Source: Fidelibacterota bacterium (GTDB taxonomy: Bacteria; Fidelibacterota; UBA8477; JABMPR01). Taken from it: a stretch of 23,442 nt of DNA. This document shows positions 8,885-16,433 of this stretch, in pieces. Under the pieces are notes generated by a model that ran no database searches, had not been told where the DNA came from, and was given only the letters and a program-made list of their open reading frames with translations. The translations under genes were made by a program, and so were the position numbers. Numbering within the stretch: the stretch's first letter is position 1; every line of letters starts with the position of its first letter. The DNA lies in NCBI GenBank assembly GCA_013202495.1, contig JABMQQ010000185.1:1-23442 (forward strand), given 5' to 3'.

Positions 8885-8930
8885 TGTAGAATATTCTGCA
8901 CAATACCTGTAGAATATTCTACAAAATATC
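8885..8930 (+). promoter_or_regulatory. Two tandem 23-bp copies of the motif: CTGTAGAATATTCTGCACAATAC and CTGTAGAATATTCTACAAAATATC. The core TGTAGAATATTCTACA is a perfect 16-bp palindrome.
   Basis: Direct repeat with a 23-bp period, read directly. It lies about 105-150 bp upstream of the sigma-54 element at 9036. Confidence 0.6.
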
Positions 8931-9035
8931 ATCTATATCCAATTCTGGGCACCTATTAAGCTAGCTCAATAATTAACTTTAATATACTGTAAATACTAGA
9001 TATAAGCATTTCCAATCCTCGCGATATTTTGACTT

Positions 9036-9051
9036 GGCACGCAAGTTGGAA
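9036..9051 (+). promoter_or_regulatory. Sigma-54 promoter, TGGCACG-caag-TTGGA
   Basis: It matches the TGGCACG-N4-TTGCW consensus except for one base (TTGG in place of TTGC). The identical architecture recurs at 16220. The predicted TSS is near 9061-9063. Confidence 0.6.
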
Positions 9052-9061
9052 TAAGAGAGGC

Positions 9062-9436
9062 ATGATGAGCCTTAGAAAAGTACATACTAAAATGCAACAG
9101 AAAGGGCGGAATTATGTTTCCGGCCTGCTCATCCTGATAGGACTCTCAGGTGCAATACTCTTTTTCCCGATAGACATGGGGGGAACGGAAACATGCATCT
9201 TCGAAAGCGTAAATCCCAATGTTGATATATTCCATCATGCCGCAACTGGTCAGGGATTGTCTCTCATCGTACAAGAGGAGTCATCTTTCGAGCACTATCT
9301 GAGTTATTACTCAACTTGGTGGTGGGGCAGTTTGGTCCTACTAGCCATGGGGGTTTTCTTTTTAACAACTCGGTCCATAGTGCTGGATCGAATAGTTCCT
9401 TTTAATAATTATCTAAAAAGTGGGAAAGACATTTAA
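9062..9436 (+). CDS. Small hypothetical membrane protein with two predicted transmembrane helices. It is the first gene of the efflux operon.
   Basis: Its stop codon TAA at 9434-9436 directly abuts the ATG at 9437. An AGAGAGG RBS sits before the ATG at 9062. The annotated 9029 start would place the sigma-54 promoter inside the ORF, so I moved the start downstream (9062, or 9092). Confidence 0.45.
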   Translation: MMSLRKVHTKMQQKGRNYVSGLLILIGLSGAILFFPIDMGGTETCIFESVNPNVDIFHHAATGQGLSLIVQEESSFEHYLSYYSTWWWGSLVLLAMGVFFLTTRSIVLDRIVPFNNYLKSGKDI

Positions 9437-10708
9437 ATGCAAATCCAAAAATTGTTACTGCTAGTCACTCTAACGAGCCTAAGCTTTGGTCAAGTGACTG
9501 CAATTAAGCAAATAGACCTGCAGGATCTTATTAAGGAAGGTCTTTCTAACAATCCATTTAGACAGGCATACTATGAAGATATTGGCATTGCCGAATCTAA
9601 GGTTTCACAATCAGGAGCCCTGCCTGATCCGATGTTATCGCTCAACTTAATGAATTTACCTTTTGAGAATTTTGGGTTTGATCAAGAGCCTATGTCTGGG
9701 AAGCAAGTTGCATTTAAGCAGGGAATACCCTTTCCGGGAAAACTAGGCCTTAAGGAACAGATTGCAAAAGTAGGGGTTAAGATTTCGAACGACCAATATG
9801 CCGAAGTAAGCAACGGACTCGTAAGAGATATTTCTAAGACCTATTATGATCTATTCTTTGTGGACGAAGCGATAGCCACAATCGACAAAAACCGTCAATT
9901 AGTTTCTGAACTGCTCAAAGTAGCCGAACAAAAATATGCAGTTGGTAAAGGTTTACAGCAAGATGTACTAAAAGCCCAAGTAGAACTGTCACTTATGACA
10001 GAGAGACTCATTTCACTGAATCAAAGCAGAGACCGTATTGAAGCTAACCTAAACGCACTCTTAAATCGACCAATTGACCAATCTTTTGGATCCATACAGA
10101 AACCCCAGATCAAACAGTATTCACTGTCATTTGCTGAGCTTAAAGCAATTGGCGATGAGAATCGACCCCTGCTTAAGCAATGGCAGAATCGTATTGAGAG
10201 AAGTGGGAGAAAAATCGAATTAGCTAAGAAGAATCTTTTACCGGATTTTGCAATAAGCGCGGCGTATACCCAACGTGATATTCTTCAGAGCGGAATGGGT
10301 GGCGCTGACTTTCTTTCTACTGGGATTAGCCTCAATCTCCCGATTTATGCGAAAAGCAAACAAAAGCAAAATATCAACGAGAAACGGATAGAGCAGAAAA
10401 GTTTAGAGGAAAGACGTGAAGGTGTCCAGCAGAAAGTATACCGAGATATAAGTAACGGCTTAACAGAGCTAATCGAAAATACAGAATTGCTGGAGTTGTA
10501 TCGGACGGGAATTATCCCCCAGGCAGCACAGTCATTAGAATCAACGCTTACCGGATACCAAACTGACAAAGTGGATTTCCTGACACTTATCAGTAGTCAA
10601 ATGACACTGTTTAATCTCGAACTTGAATACGCAAAACTAATTAGCAAACATAACAAAAATATAGTTGATCTAGAGTTTTTCATTGGCACGTCTTTGCCTC
10701 TGAATTGA
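9437..10708 (+). CDS. Outer-membrane efflux protein (TolC / OEP family; CusC- or CzcC-like outer-membrane factor)
   Basis: Signal peptide MQIQKLLLLVTLTSLSFGQVTA with no lipobox Cys. It has the two-repeat OEP architecture with coiled-coil segments (LNQSRDRIEANLNALLNRPID, LELYRTGIIPQAAQSLESTLTGYQTDKVDFLTLISSQ). Confidence 0.85.
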   Translation: MQIQKLLLLVTLTSLSFGQVTAIKQIDLQDLIKEGLSNNPFRQAYYEDIGIAESKVSQSGALPDPMLSLNLMNLPFENFGFDQEPMSGKQVAFKQGIPFPGKLGLKEQIAKVGVKISNDQYAEVSNGLVRDISKTYYDLFFVDEAIATIDKNRQLVSELLKVAEQKYAVGKGLQQDVLKAQVELSLMTERLISLNQSRDRIEANLNALLNRPIDQSFGSIQKPQIKQYSLSFAELKAIGDENRPLLKQWQNRIERSGRKIELAKKNLLPDFAISAAYTQRDILQSGMGGADFLSTGISLNLPIYAKSKQKQNINEKRIEQKSLEERREGVQQKVYRDISNGLTELIENTELLELYRTGIIPQAAQSLESTLTGYQTDKVDFLTLISSQMTLFNLELEYAKLISKHNKNIVDLEFFIGTSLPLN

Positions 10709-10735
10709 TCGGCATAACCACGAGGGGAGCACATT

Positions 10736-12241
10736 GTGTTTCGGAGAATAAAAATGAGAACAGTAGTAAAAATATTGATAGTTGTACTAAGCATAGGGTT
10801 GGCGGCATTTGTTGTCAGTTGTGGATCAGCTAATTCAGACAGTAAGCATGAGCATACGAAAAATGCAGAGGGTCTATACACCTGTGGAATGCATCCCGAG
10901 GTTATTCTGGAAGGACCAGGCCAATGTCCTATCTGTGGTATGAACCTGACTCCCTTGAAACAGAATTCTGTCTCAACAGCCTCTTCCCAAAAACCAGATA
11001 GTGAGCGTAAAATACTGTACTGGCAAGCTCCCATGAATCCTGAAGAAATATATGATGAGCCCGGCAAGTCGAACATGGGAATGGATTTGGTCCCTGTATA
11101 TGATGATCAAACCAGCTCAGGTAGTCAAGTTTCAATCGATCCAAGTACAGTTCAAAACATGGGAGTTCGTACTGCTACTGTTCAGAGGCGGGACTTTAGC
11201 AGAAATATCCGAGCATTGGGCAAGATCGATTACAATGAAGAAAATATTTATGAGGTTTCCTCCAAGATATCTGGTTGGATCGAAAAACTATATGTGGACT
11301 ATACCGGGAAACCAGTCCGCAAAGGTCAGGCTTTATTGGAGTTATATTCTCCTGATTTGGTCACTACACAGCAAGAGTATCTGCTGGCTTTGAAAAACAG
11401 GGAGTTGATCAGCGAATCTAGCTTTGCGAGCATTCGCGAAGGTGCTGAATCCCTACTCTCATCCACCCGCCAAAGATTAGCCTATTGGGATATTCCTGAA
11501 AAAGAAATCCTACGCCTTGAGGATGGCGGCGTCGTCAGTAAGACCATTACTTTTGAATCACCTGCAGATGGAATTGTGATTCATAAGAACGCTGTTGAGG
11601 GCAAGCATATCAAAGAAGGTAGCTCTCTTTATCGAATAGCTGATTTGTCAACAATCTGGGTATTTGCAAGTCTCTATGACAATGAGGTACCGTGGGTGGA
11701 GGTTGGTCAGACTGCAGAAATGGAACTCTCATATGCTCCGGGAAAGATTCTGAAAGGAAAAGTGGCTTACATTTATCCTTATTTGAATGAAAAATCGCGT
11801 GATGTGAAGGTTCGCTTAGAATTTCCAAATCCAGATATGATGTTAAAACCAGGTATGTATGCGAATGTGAGCATTAAGACTCAATCCATCAAGGATGCAA
11901 TGGTTATTCCTTCTGAATCGGTGATCCGGTCAGGCGAAAGGATACTAACATTTATTGCAAAGGGTGAAGGCCGTTTTGAACCTCGTCCAATCAAAGTTGG
12001 GCAAGAGGGAGATAATGGAGAGGTTCTGGTTCTCGCTGGATTGACTGAGGGCGAGGAGATAGTTACCTCAGCTCAGTTCTTACTTGATAGTGAAAGTCGT
12101 CTACAAGAGGCTATCCAGAAGATGCTAAGTGAGAAATCGGCAGCAAGAACTGCAATGGAGCCAGAAGAGGAAGATATGGAGACAACCTCCATGGAATCCA
12201 TGGAGCAAGACTCTGATTCTGATATGGATCATTCTCACTGA
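10736..12241 (+). CDS. cusB: RND efflux periplasmic adaptor (CusB-like membrane-fusion protein) with an N-terminal CxxC heavy-metal-binding domain (HMBD) and an acidic, Met-rich C-terminal tail
   Basis: GTG start with a GAGGGGAG RBS 6 nt upstream. Lipobox VVSCGS. The HMBD (about 10877-10960) reads YTCGMHPEVILEGPGQCPICGMNLTPL. The HlyD/CusB-like core includes YSPDLV...EYLLA and GMYANVSIKT. The C-terminus is EPEEEDMETTSMESMEQDSDSDMDHSH. Confidence 0.85.
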   Translation: MFRRIKMRTVVKILIVVLSIGLAAFVVSCGSANSDSKHEHTKNAEGLYTCGMHPEVILEGPGQCPICGMNLTPLKQNSVSTASSQKPDSERKILYWQAPMNPEEIYDEPGKSNMGMDLVPVYDDQTSSGSQVSIDPSTVQNMGVRTATVQRRDFSRNIRALGKIDYNEENIYEVSSKISGWIEKLYVDYTGKPVRKGQALLELYSPDLVTTQQEYLLALKNRELISESSFASIREGAESLLSSTRQRLAYWDIPEKEILRLEDGGVVSKTITFESPADGIVIHKNAVEGKHIKEGSSLYRIADLSTIWVFASLYDNEVPWVEVGQTAEMELSYAPGKILKGKVAYIYPYLNEKSRDVKVRLEFPNPDMMLKPGMYANVSIKTQSIKDAMVIPSESVIRSGERILTFIAKGEGRFEPRPIKVGQEGDNGEVLVLAGLTEGEEIVTSAQFLLDSESRLQEAIQKMLSEKSAARTAMEPEEEDMETTSMESMEQDSDSDMDHSH

Positions 12242-12314
12242 TTTTGATCAGCGTGAAATCGAACGACAATACGTATTAAAACCGCCATTGGCGAAAAAAA
12301 TATAGAGAATTATT

Positions 12315-15300
12315 ATGCTAGAAAAGATTATTGAAGCTTCAGTGAATAACCGATTCCTGGTCATCTTATTTACGGCTCTGATTGCTTTAGGGGGAATCTA
12401 CGCGGTTCTCAATACACCGATTGATGCTATCCCTGACCTCAGCGATGTTCAGGTTATCATTTTTACGGAATTTCCAGGACAAGCACCTCAGGTTGTCGAG
12501 GATCAGGTTACCTATCCACTTACCACAGCCATGTTGGCAGTTCCATATGCAAAAGTAGTCCGGGGATATTCATTCTTTGGTCTCTCATTCGTTTATATCA
12601 TTTTTGAGGATGACACTGATCTTTATTGGGCCCGAAGCAGGGTTCTTGAGTATCTGAATTACGTATCAAGTCGTCTCCCTGAAGGAGTTACACCGACCTT
12701 AGGTCCTGATGCGACTGGAGTAGGTTGGGTATACGAATATGTGCTGGACGGTGGAGATGAATATGATCTTCAACAGCTCAGATCTATTCAAGATTGGTAT
12801 CTCCGTTACCAACTAACTGGTGTGCCCGGTGTGGCAGAAGTGGCCAGTATTGGTGGCTATGTCAAACAGTATCAGGTAGAGATAGATCCCAATAAACTAC
12901 TCGCATATAACATTCCTATTCAAAAAGTGAAAATGGCTATCAAGCGCAGCAATAATGATGTTGGTGGAAAGCTCATTGAGATGGGCGAGACGGAATTCAT
13001 GGTGCGTGGACTGGGATATATCAAAAACAAAGAAGATATTGAGAAAATTGCGCTGGGCGTAGACTCCGAAGGAACACCCATTCTCATTAAACAGATTGCC
13101 AATGTCAATATAGGCCCTGAGTTACGTCGAGGAATAACTGATTGGAATGGTGAAGGAGAGGCCGTCGGAGGTGTAATTGTTATGCGCTCTGGCGAAAATG
13201 CTCTCAAAACTATTGAGCTTGTGAAGGAAAAACTTGAAGAATTGAAGAAAGGCCTTCCGGAGGGTGTGACTATCAAGTCTGCCTACGATCGTTCAGGCCT
13301 AATCAATCGAGCTATCGACAATTTGAGCTTAAAGTTACTTGAAGAGTTATTGGTAGTGGCGATCGTGTGTATTGTTTTCCTGCTCCATTTTCGGAGTGCA
13401 TTTGTAGCACTCTTCACATTACCAATGGGCATACTGGTATCATTTTTCATTATGTATTTCCAGGGTATTAATGCCAACATTATGTCCCTGGGAGGAATCG
13501 CAATAGCCATTGGAGCTATGGTTGACGCTGCTATTGTGATGATTGAGAATGCTCATAAGCACCTCGAAAGAGACAAAGGTAAAAAAGACCACTGGCAAAT
13601 CATTATCGATTCTTCCAAAGAAGTAGGACCGGCTTTATTCTACTCATTGTTGATTATCACAGTATCCTTTCTACCAGTATTCACACTAGAAGCACAGGAA
13701 GGACGCTTGTTCAAACCCCTCGCATTTACAAAAACGTATGCCATGGGTGCCTCAGCCTTCCTGGCGATTACCATTGTTCCCATTCTTATGGGTTATTTCG
13801 TTCGTGGTAAGATTCTCCCTGAAAACAAGAATCCAATAAGTCGCTTTCTTATGAAGATATATAGACCCATTATTCATGCAGTGTTGCGTTTTAAATGGGC
13901 AACCATTGTTATTGCCATAGTAATCATGGCAATAACCATAATTCCCCTTGGAAAAATTGGATCAGAATTCATGCCTCCACTCAACGAGGGTGATCTTCTA
14001 TACATGCCAACAACTGATCCTGGTATCAGTATTACTAAGGCAAAGGAACTTTTACAACAGACCGATAGGATCATTAAGAGTTTCCCTGAAGTTCACCACG
14101 TTTTTGGTAAGATTGGTCGTGCTGAATCAGCAACAGATCCTGCTCCTTTATCTATGATAGAAACAACAATAATGTTGAATCCTACAGATACCTGGCGTGA
14201 TGGAATGACCATTGAAAAGCTCATCCTTGAGCTGGACGCAGCTATCCAGTTTCCTGGATTAACCAATGCCTGGACCATGCCCATAAAAACGAGAATCGAT
14301 ATGCTTGCTACCGGTATCAAAACCCCAGTAGGCATCAAGCTAATGGGACCAGATCTGGAGGTTCTTTCAGACTTGGGACAAGAAATAGCCGGTGTGATCA
14401 AGGATGTTGAGGGGACCTTAAGTGTATTCCCCGACAAAACGATAGGTGGAAACTTCCTGGACTTTGACATCAAGCGTGACGAAATCGCCCGTTATGGTCT
14501 AACCGTCGGTGATGTACAAGATGTAATCATGTCCGCTATAGGTGGAATGAACGTGTCCTATACAGTTGAGGGGTTGGAGCGTTATCCAATTAATGTCAGA
14601 TATAGTCGTGAATTACGTGATAATATTTCAGCATTGAAAAGAGTTTTGGTTCCAACACCTTCGGGAGCTCAGATTCCAATGGAATATTTAGCAGAAATCA
14701 AGATCGTCAAGGGTCCCCCCGTCATAAAAAGTGAAAACTCACGCCAGACAGCCTGGCTATATGTTGACTTGAGAGGAATTGATGTTGGTACTTATGTAGA
14801 AAACGCAAAAAAGGTTGTGGAAGCCAATATATCATTTCCAGAGGGTTATAGTCTCGTTTGGTCTGGTCAATATGAATATATGGAACGTGCGGCAAAGAAA
14901 TTAAAGATCGTTATCCCTATAACTCTGCTAATCATCTTTTTGTTGCTATATTTCAATTTCAAGAACTTTACTGAAAGTGTGATTGTGATGTCCTCCCTAC
15001 CATTTGCTTTGGTAGGTGGTATCTGGTTCATGTATTTTCTGGATTACAACTTTAGTGTGGCTGTAGGTGTGGGATTTATCGCACTGGCTGGTCTAGCTGC
15101 AGAAACAGGTGTCGTCATGCTGGTCTACCTTGATAATGTGTTTGCTGAAAAAGTGAACAGTGGAAAAATGAGAAGCCTGACAGATCTTTATGATACTGTG
15201 ATCGTTGGAGCTGTTGAACGCGTTAGACCCAAGCTGATGACGGTAACAACCACCATGTTTGGACTTGTACCGATCCTTTGGGGAACTGAGGCTGGATCCC

Positions 15301-15569
15301 AAACTATGAAGCGTATTGCCGCGCCCATGGTTGGCGGAATGGTCTCCTCAACTATACTAACTCTCATAGTTATTCCTGCAATTTATTATCTCTGGAAATC
15401 GCGAGAAGTGAAAAGCATTATCAGCAAACTACAATTAGATGGTTCAACTGAGCCTGTTGAACTCATTTCCATTGATGCACACTCTGAAGAGACACCAATT
15501 GAAATCGAGGCAAAGCCAAATGAGAATCTCGATGATAATAATTCTACCAAGCTGGGACCAAACGAATAA
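12315..15569 (+). CDS. cusA: Heavy-metal-efflux RND pump, CusA-like (Cu(I)/Ag(I) type)
   Basis: 1084 aa with 12 transmembrane helices and two large periplasmic loops. The TM4 region AIAIGAMVDAAIVMIENAHK...GPALFYSLLIITVSFLPVFTLEAQEGRLFKPLAFTKTYAM is near-identical to the CusA signature as I remember it, and it lacks the CzcA-type acidic TM4. A roughly 60-aa acidic C-terminal extension is present. Confidence 0.95.
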   Translation: MLEKIIEASVNNRFLVILFTALIALGGIYAVLNTPIDAIPDLSDVQVIIFTEFPGQAPQVVEDQVTYPLTTAMLAVPYAKVVRGYSFFGLSFVYIIFEDDTDLYWARSRVLEYLNYVSSRLPEGVTPTLGPDATGVGWVYEYVLDGGDEYDLQQLRSIQDWYLRYQLTGVPGVAEVASIGGYVKQYQVEIDPNKLLAYNIPIQKVKMAIKRSNNDVGGKLIEMGETEFMVRGLGYIKNKEDIEKIALGVDSEGTPILIKQIANVNIGPELRRGITDWNGEGEAVGGVIVMRSGENALKTIELVKEKLEELKKGLPEGVTIKSAYDRSGLINRAIDNLSLKLLEELLVVAIVCIVFLLHFRSAFVALFTLPMGILVSFFIMYFQGINANIMSLGGIAIAIGAMVDAAIVMIENAHKHLERDKGKKDHWQIIIDSSKEVGPALFYSLLIITVSFLPVFTLEAQEGRLFKPLAFTKTYAMGASAFLAITIVPILMGYFVRGKILPENKNPISRFLMKIYRPIIHAVLRFKWATIVIAIVIMAITIIPLGKIGSEFMPPLNEGDLLYMPTTDPGISITKAKELLQQTDRIIKSFPEVHHVFGKIGRAESATDPAPLSMIETTIMLNPTDTWRDGMTIEKLILELDAAIQFPGLTNAWTMPIKTRIDMLATGIKTPVGIKLMGPDLEVLSDLGQEIAGVIKDVEGTLSVFPDKTIGGNFLDFDIKRDEIARYGLTVGDVQDVIMSAIGGMNVSYTVEGLERYPINVRYSRELRDNISALKRVLVPTPSGAQIPMEYLAEIKIVKGPPVIKSENSRQTAWLYVDLRGIDVGTYVENAKKVVEANISFPEGYSLVWSGQYEYMERAAKKLKIVIPITLLIIFLLLYFNFKNFTESVIVMSSLPFALVGGIWFMYFLDYNFSVAVGVGFIALAGLAAETGVVMLVYLDNVFAEKVNSGKMRSLTDLYDTVIVGAVERVRPKLMTVTTTMFGLVPILWGTEAGSQTMKRIAAPMVGGMVSSTILTLIVIPAIYYLWKSREVKSIISKLQLDGSTEPVELISIDAHSEETPIEIEAKPNENLDDNNSTKLGPNE

Positions 15570-15599
15570 TCCTGCACCGACAGGCGATAGGAGAATCAG

Positions 15600-15941
15600 A
15601 TGAAAGAGGTTAAAGCATTTATCCGGGGTGACAAGGCAGACGAAGTTATTGCAGCCTTGGAAGAAGTAGGAGTTATCAACTTGACTGTAATCAATGTGAT
15701 GGGTATAGGCCGGAGTCTTGCGCCTTCGAAAGGTGCAAAATACTCTGTTGATCTGACTCAGAAATATTCAACTATAGCCAAAATAGAGATTGTATGCAGA
15801 GCATCTGATACTGCGAAGATAGTGGATGTATTGCGGCAGTCTGCTTACACAGGCATGCAAGGCGATGGGATGATCTATGTTGTCCCAGTTGAAACAGCTG
15901 TCAAAATTAGAACTGGAGCATATGGGGGGGATGCGTTGTAA
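15600..15941 (+). CDS. PII-like (GlnB-fold) signal-transduction protein. It resembles the 'PII new group' linked to heavy-metal RND loci.
   Basis: It aligns by eye to GlnB: MKEVKAFIRGDK..VIAAL.EVGV..LTV..V.G.GR...KIEIV...D.AKIVDVL..SAYTG..GDGMIYV.PVE.AVKIRTG. The T-loop is shorter and lacks the Tyr51 context. The gene sits immediately after cusA, and a terminator follows it. Confidence 0.8.
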   Translation: MKEVKAFIRGDKADEVIAALEEVGVINLTVINVMGIGRSLAPSKGAKYSVDLTQKYSTIAKIEIVCRASDTAKIVDVLRQSAYTGMQGDGMIYVVPVETAVKIRTGAYGGDAL

Positions 15942-15981
15942 CCCCCCGACAACAATTCTTCCCCGCTTCAGCTTCCATATA

Positions 15982-16036
15982 AGATGGGTGGGCTTTGATC
16001 CTCAATAGGATTAGGGCTCATCCATCTTTTCGTTTT
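15982..16036 (+). terminator. Strong intrinsic terminator with a 21-bp stem: AGAUGGGUGGGCUUUGAUCCU-CAAU-AGGAUUAGGGCUCAUCCAUCU, followed by UUUCGUUUU
   Basis: All 21 positions pair when six G-U wobbles are allowed. It ends the efflux operon 40 bp after the PII-like stop. Confidence 0.7.
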
Positions 16037-16130
16037 AATAGCTTACAATCCACAAAGCACCGCGCCAGATACCACAAAAACAAGACGGATATTACTTGTA
16101 CATTATTCAACACCGACGTCTAGATAATGA

Positions 16131-16148
16131 AGAATAGTCTACAATATC
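16131..16148 (+). promoter_or_regulatory. Copy of the motif, AGAATAGTCTACAATATC
   Basis: Same family as 4015-4034. It lies about 72-90 bp upstream of the sigma-54 element at 16220. Confidence 0.5.
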
Positions 16149-16219
16149 TTAATCTGGATGTTTTTGAAAATATCATCTAACAAACGTAATAACAACAAGA
16201 TAAAAGATATGTATGATTT

Positions 16220-16235
16220 TGGCACGTGATTTGGA
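16220..16235 (+). promoter_or_regulatory. Sigma-54 promoter, TGGCACG-tgat-TTGGA
   Basis: Its architecture is identical to the element at 9036 (TGGCACG-N4-TTGGA). The predicted TSS is near 16246. Confidence 0.6.
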
Positions 16236-16433
16236 TTAAGTAGTCATGTGAAATTAAAATTTATACAGAACCAGCCCTTCAACATGACACAGCCGAGAGG
16301 GGTAAAAATTGAGGGCAGATTGCAACGTGGAGCTCAGGCGAGTTCAATGTCTCAGGTATACGGACACAGCACAGCCGATCTGCCCTATGAGAACAAGGCT
16401 TATAACGAGCCAATAAATAAAAGGAGTAGTAAG

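Noticed and set aside
10684-10699. TGGCACGTCTTTGCC, a sigma-54-like string near the end of the outer-membrane factor gene
   Set aside because: The GC of the -12 element is one base too close to the GG (9 instead of 10 bp), and it lies inside coding sequence 40 bp before the adaptor start. It is probably chance, although a weak internal promoter cannot be excluded.
12920-14473. Several 66-126-aa minus-strand ORFs (12920-13276, 13283-13510, 13874-14074, 14093-14473) inside cusA
   Set aside because: These are shadow ORFs, antisense to a confidently identified 1084-aa gene, with no start context.
15600-15941. Possibility that the small protein after cusA is CutA1, also a PII-fold copper-tolerance protein
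   Set aside because: By-eye alignment follows GlnB block for block, including the GDG.I.V and RTG motifs, and does not look like CutA.
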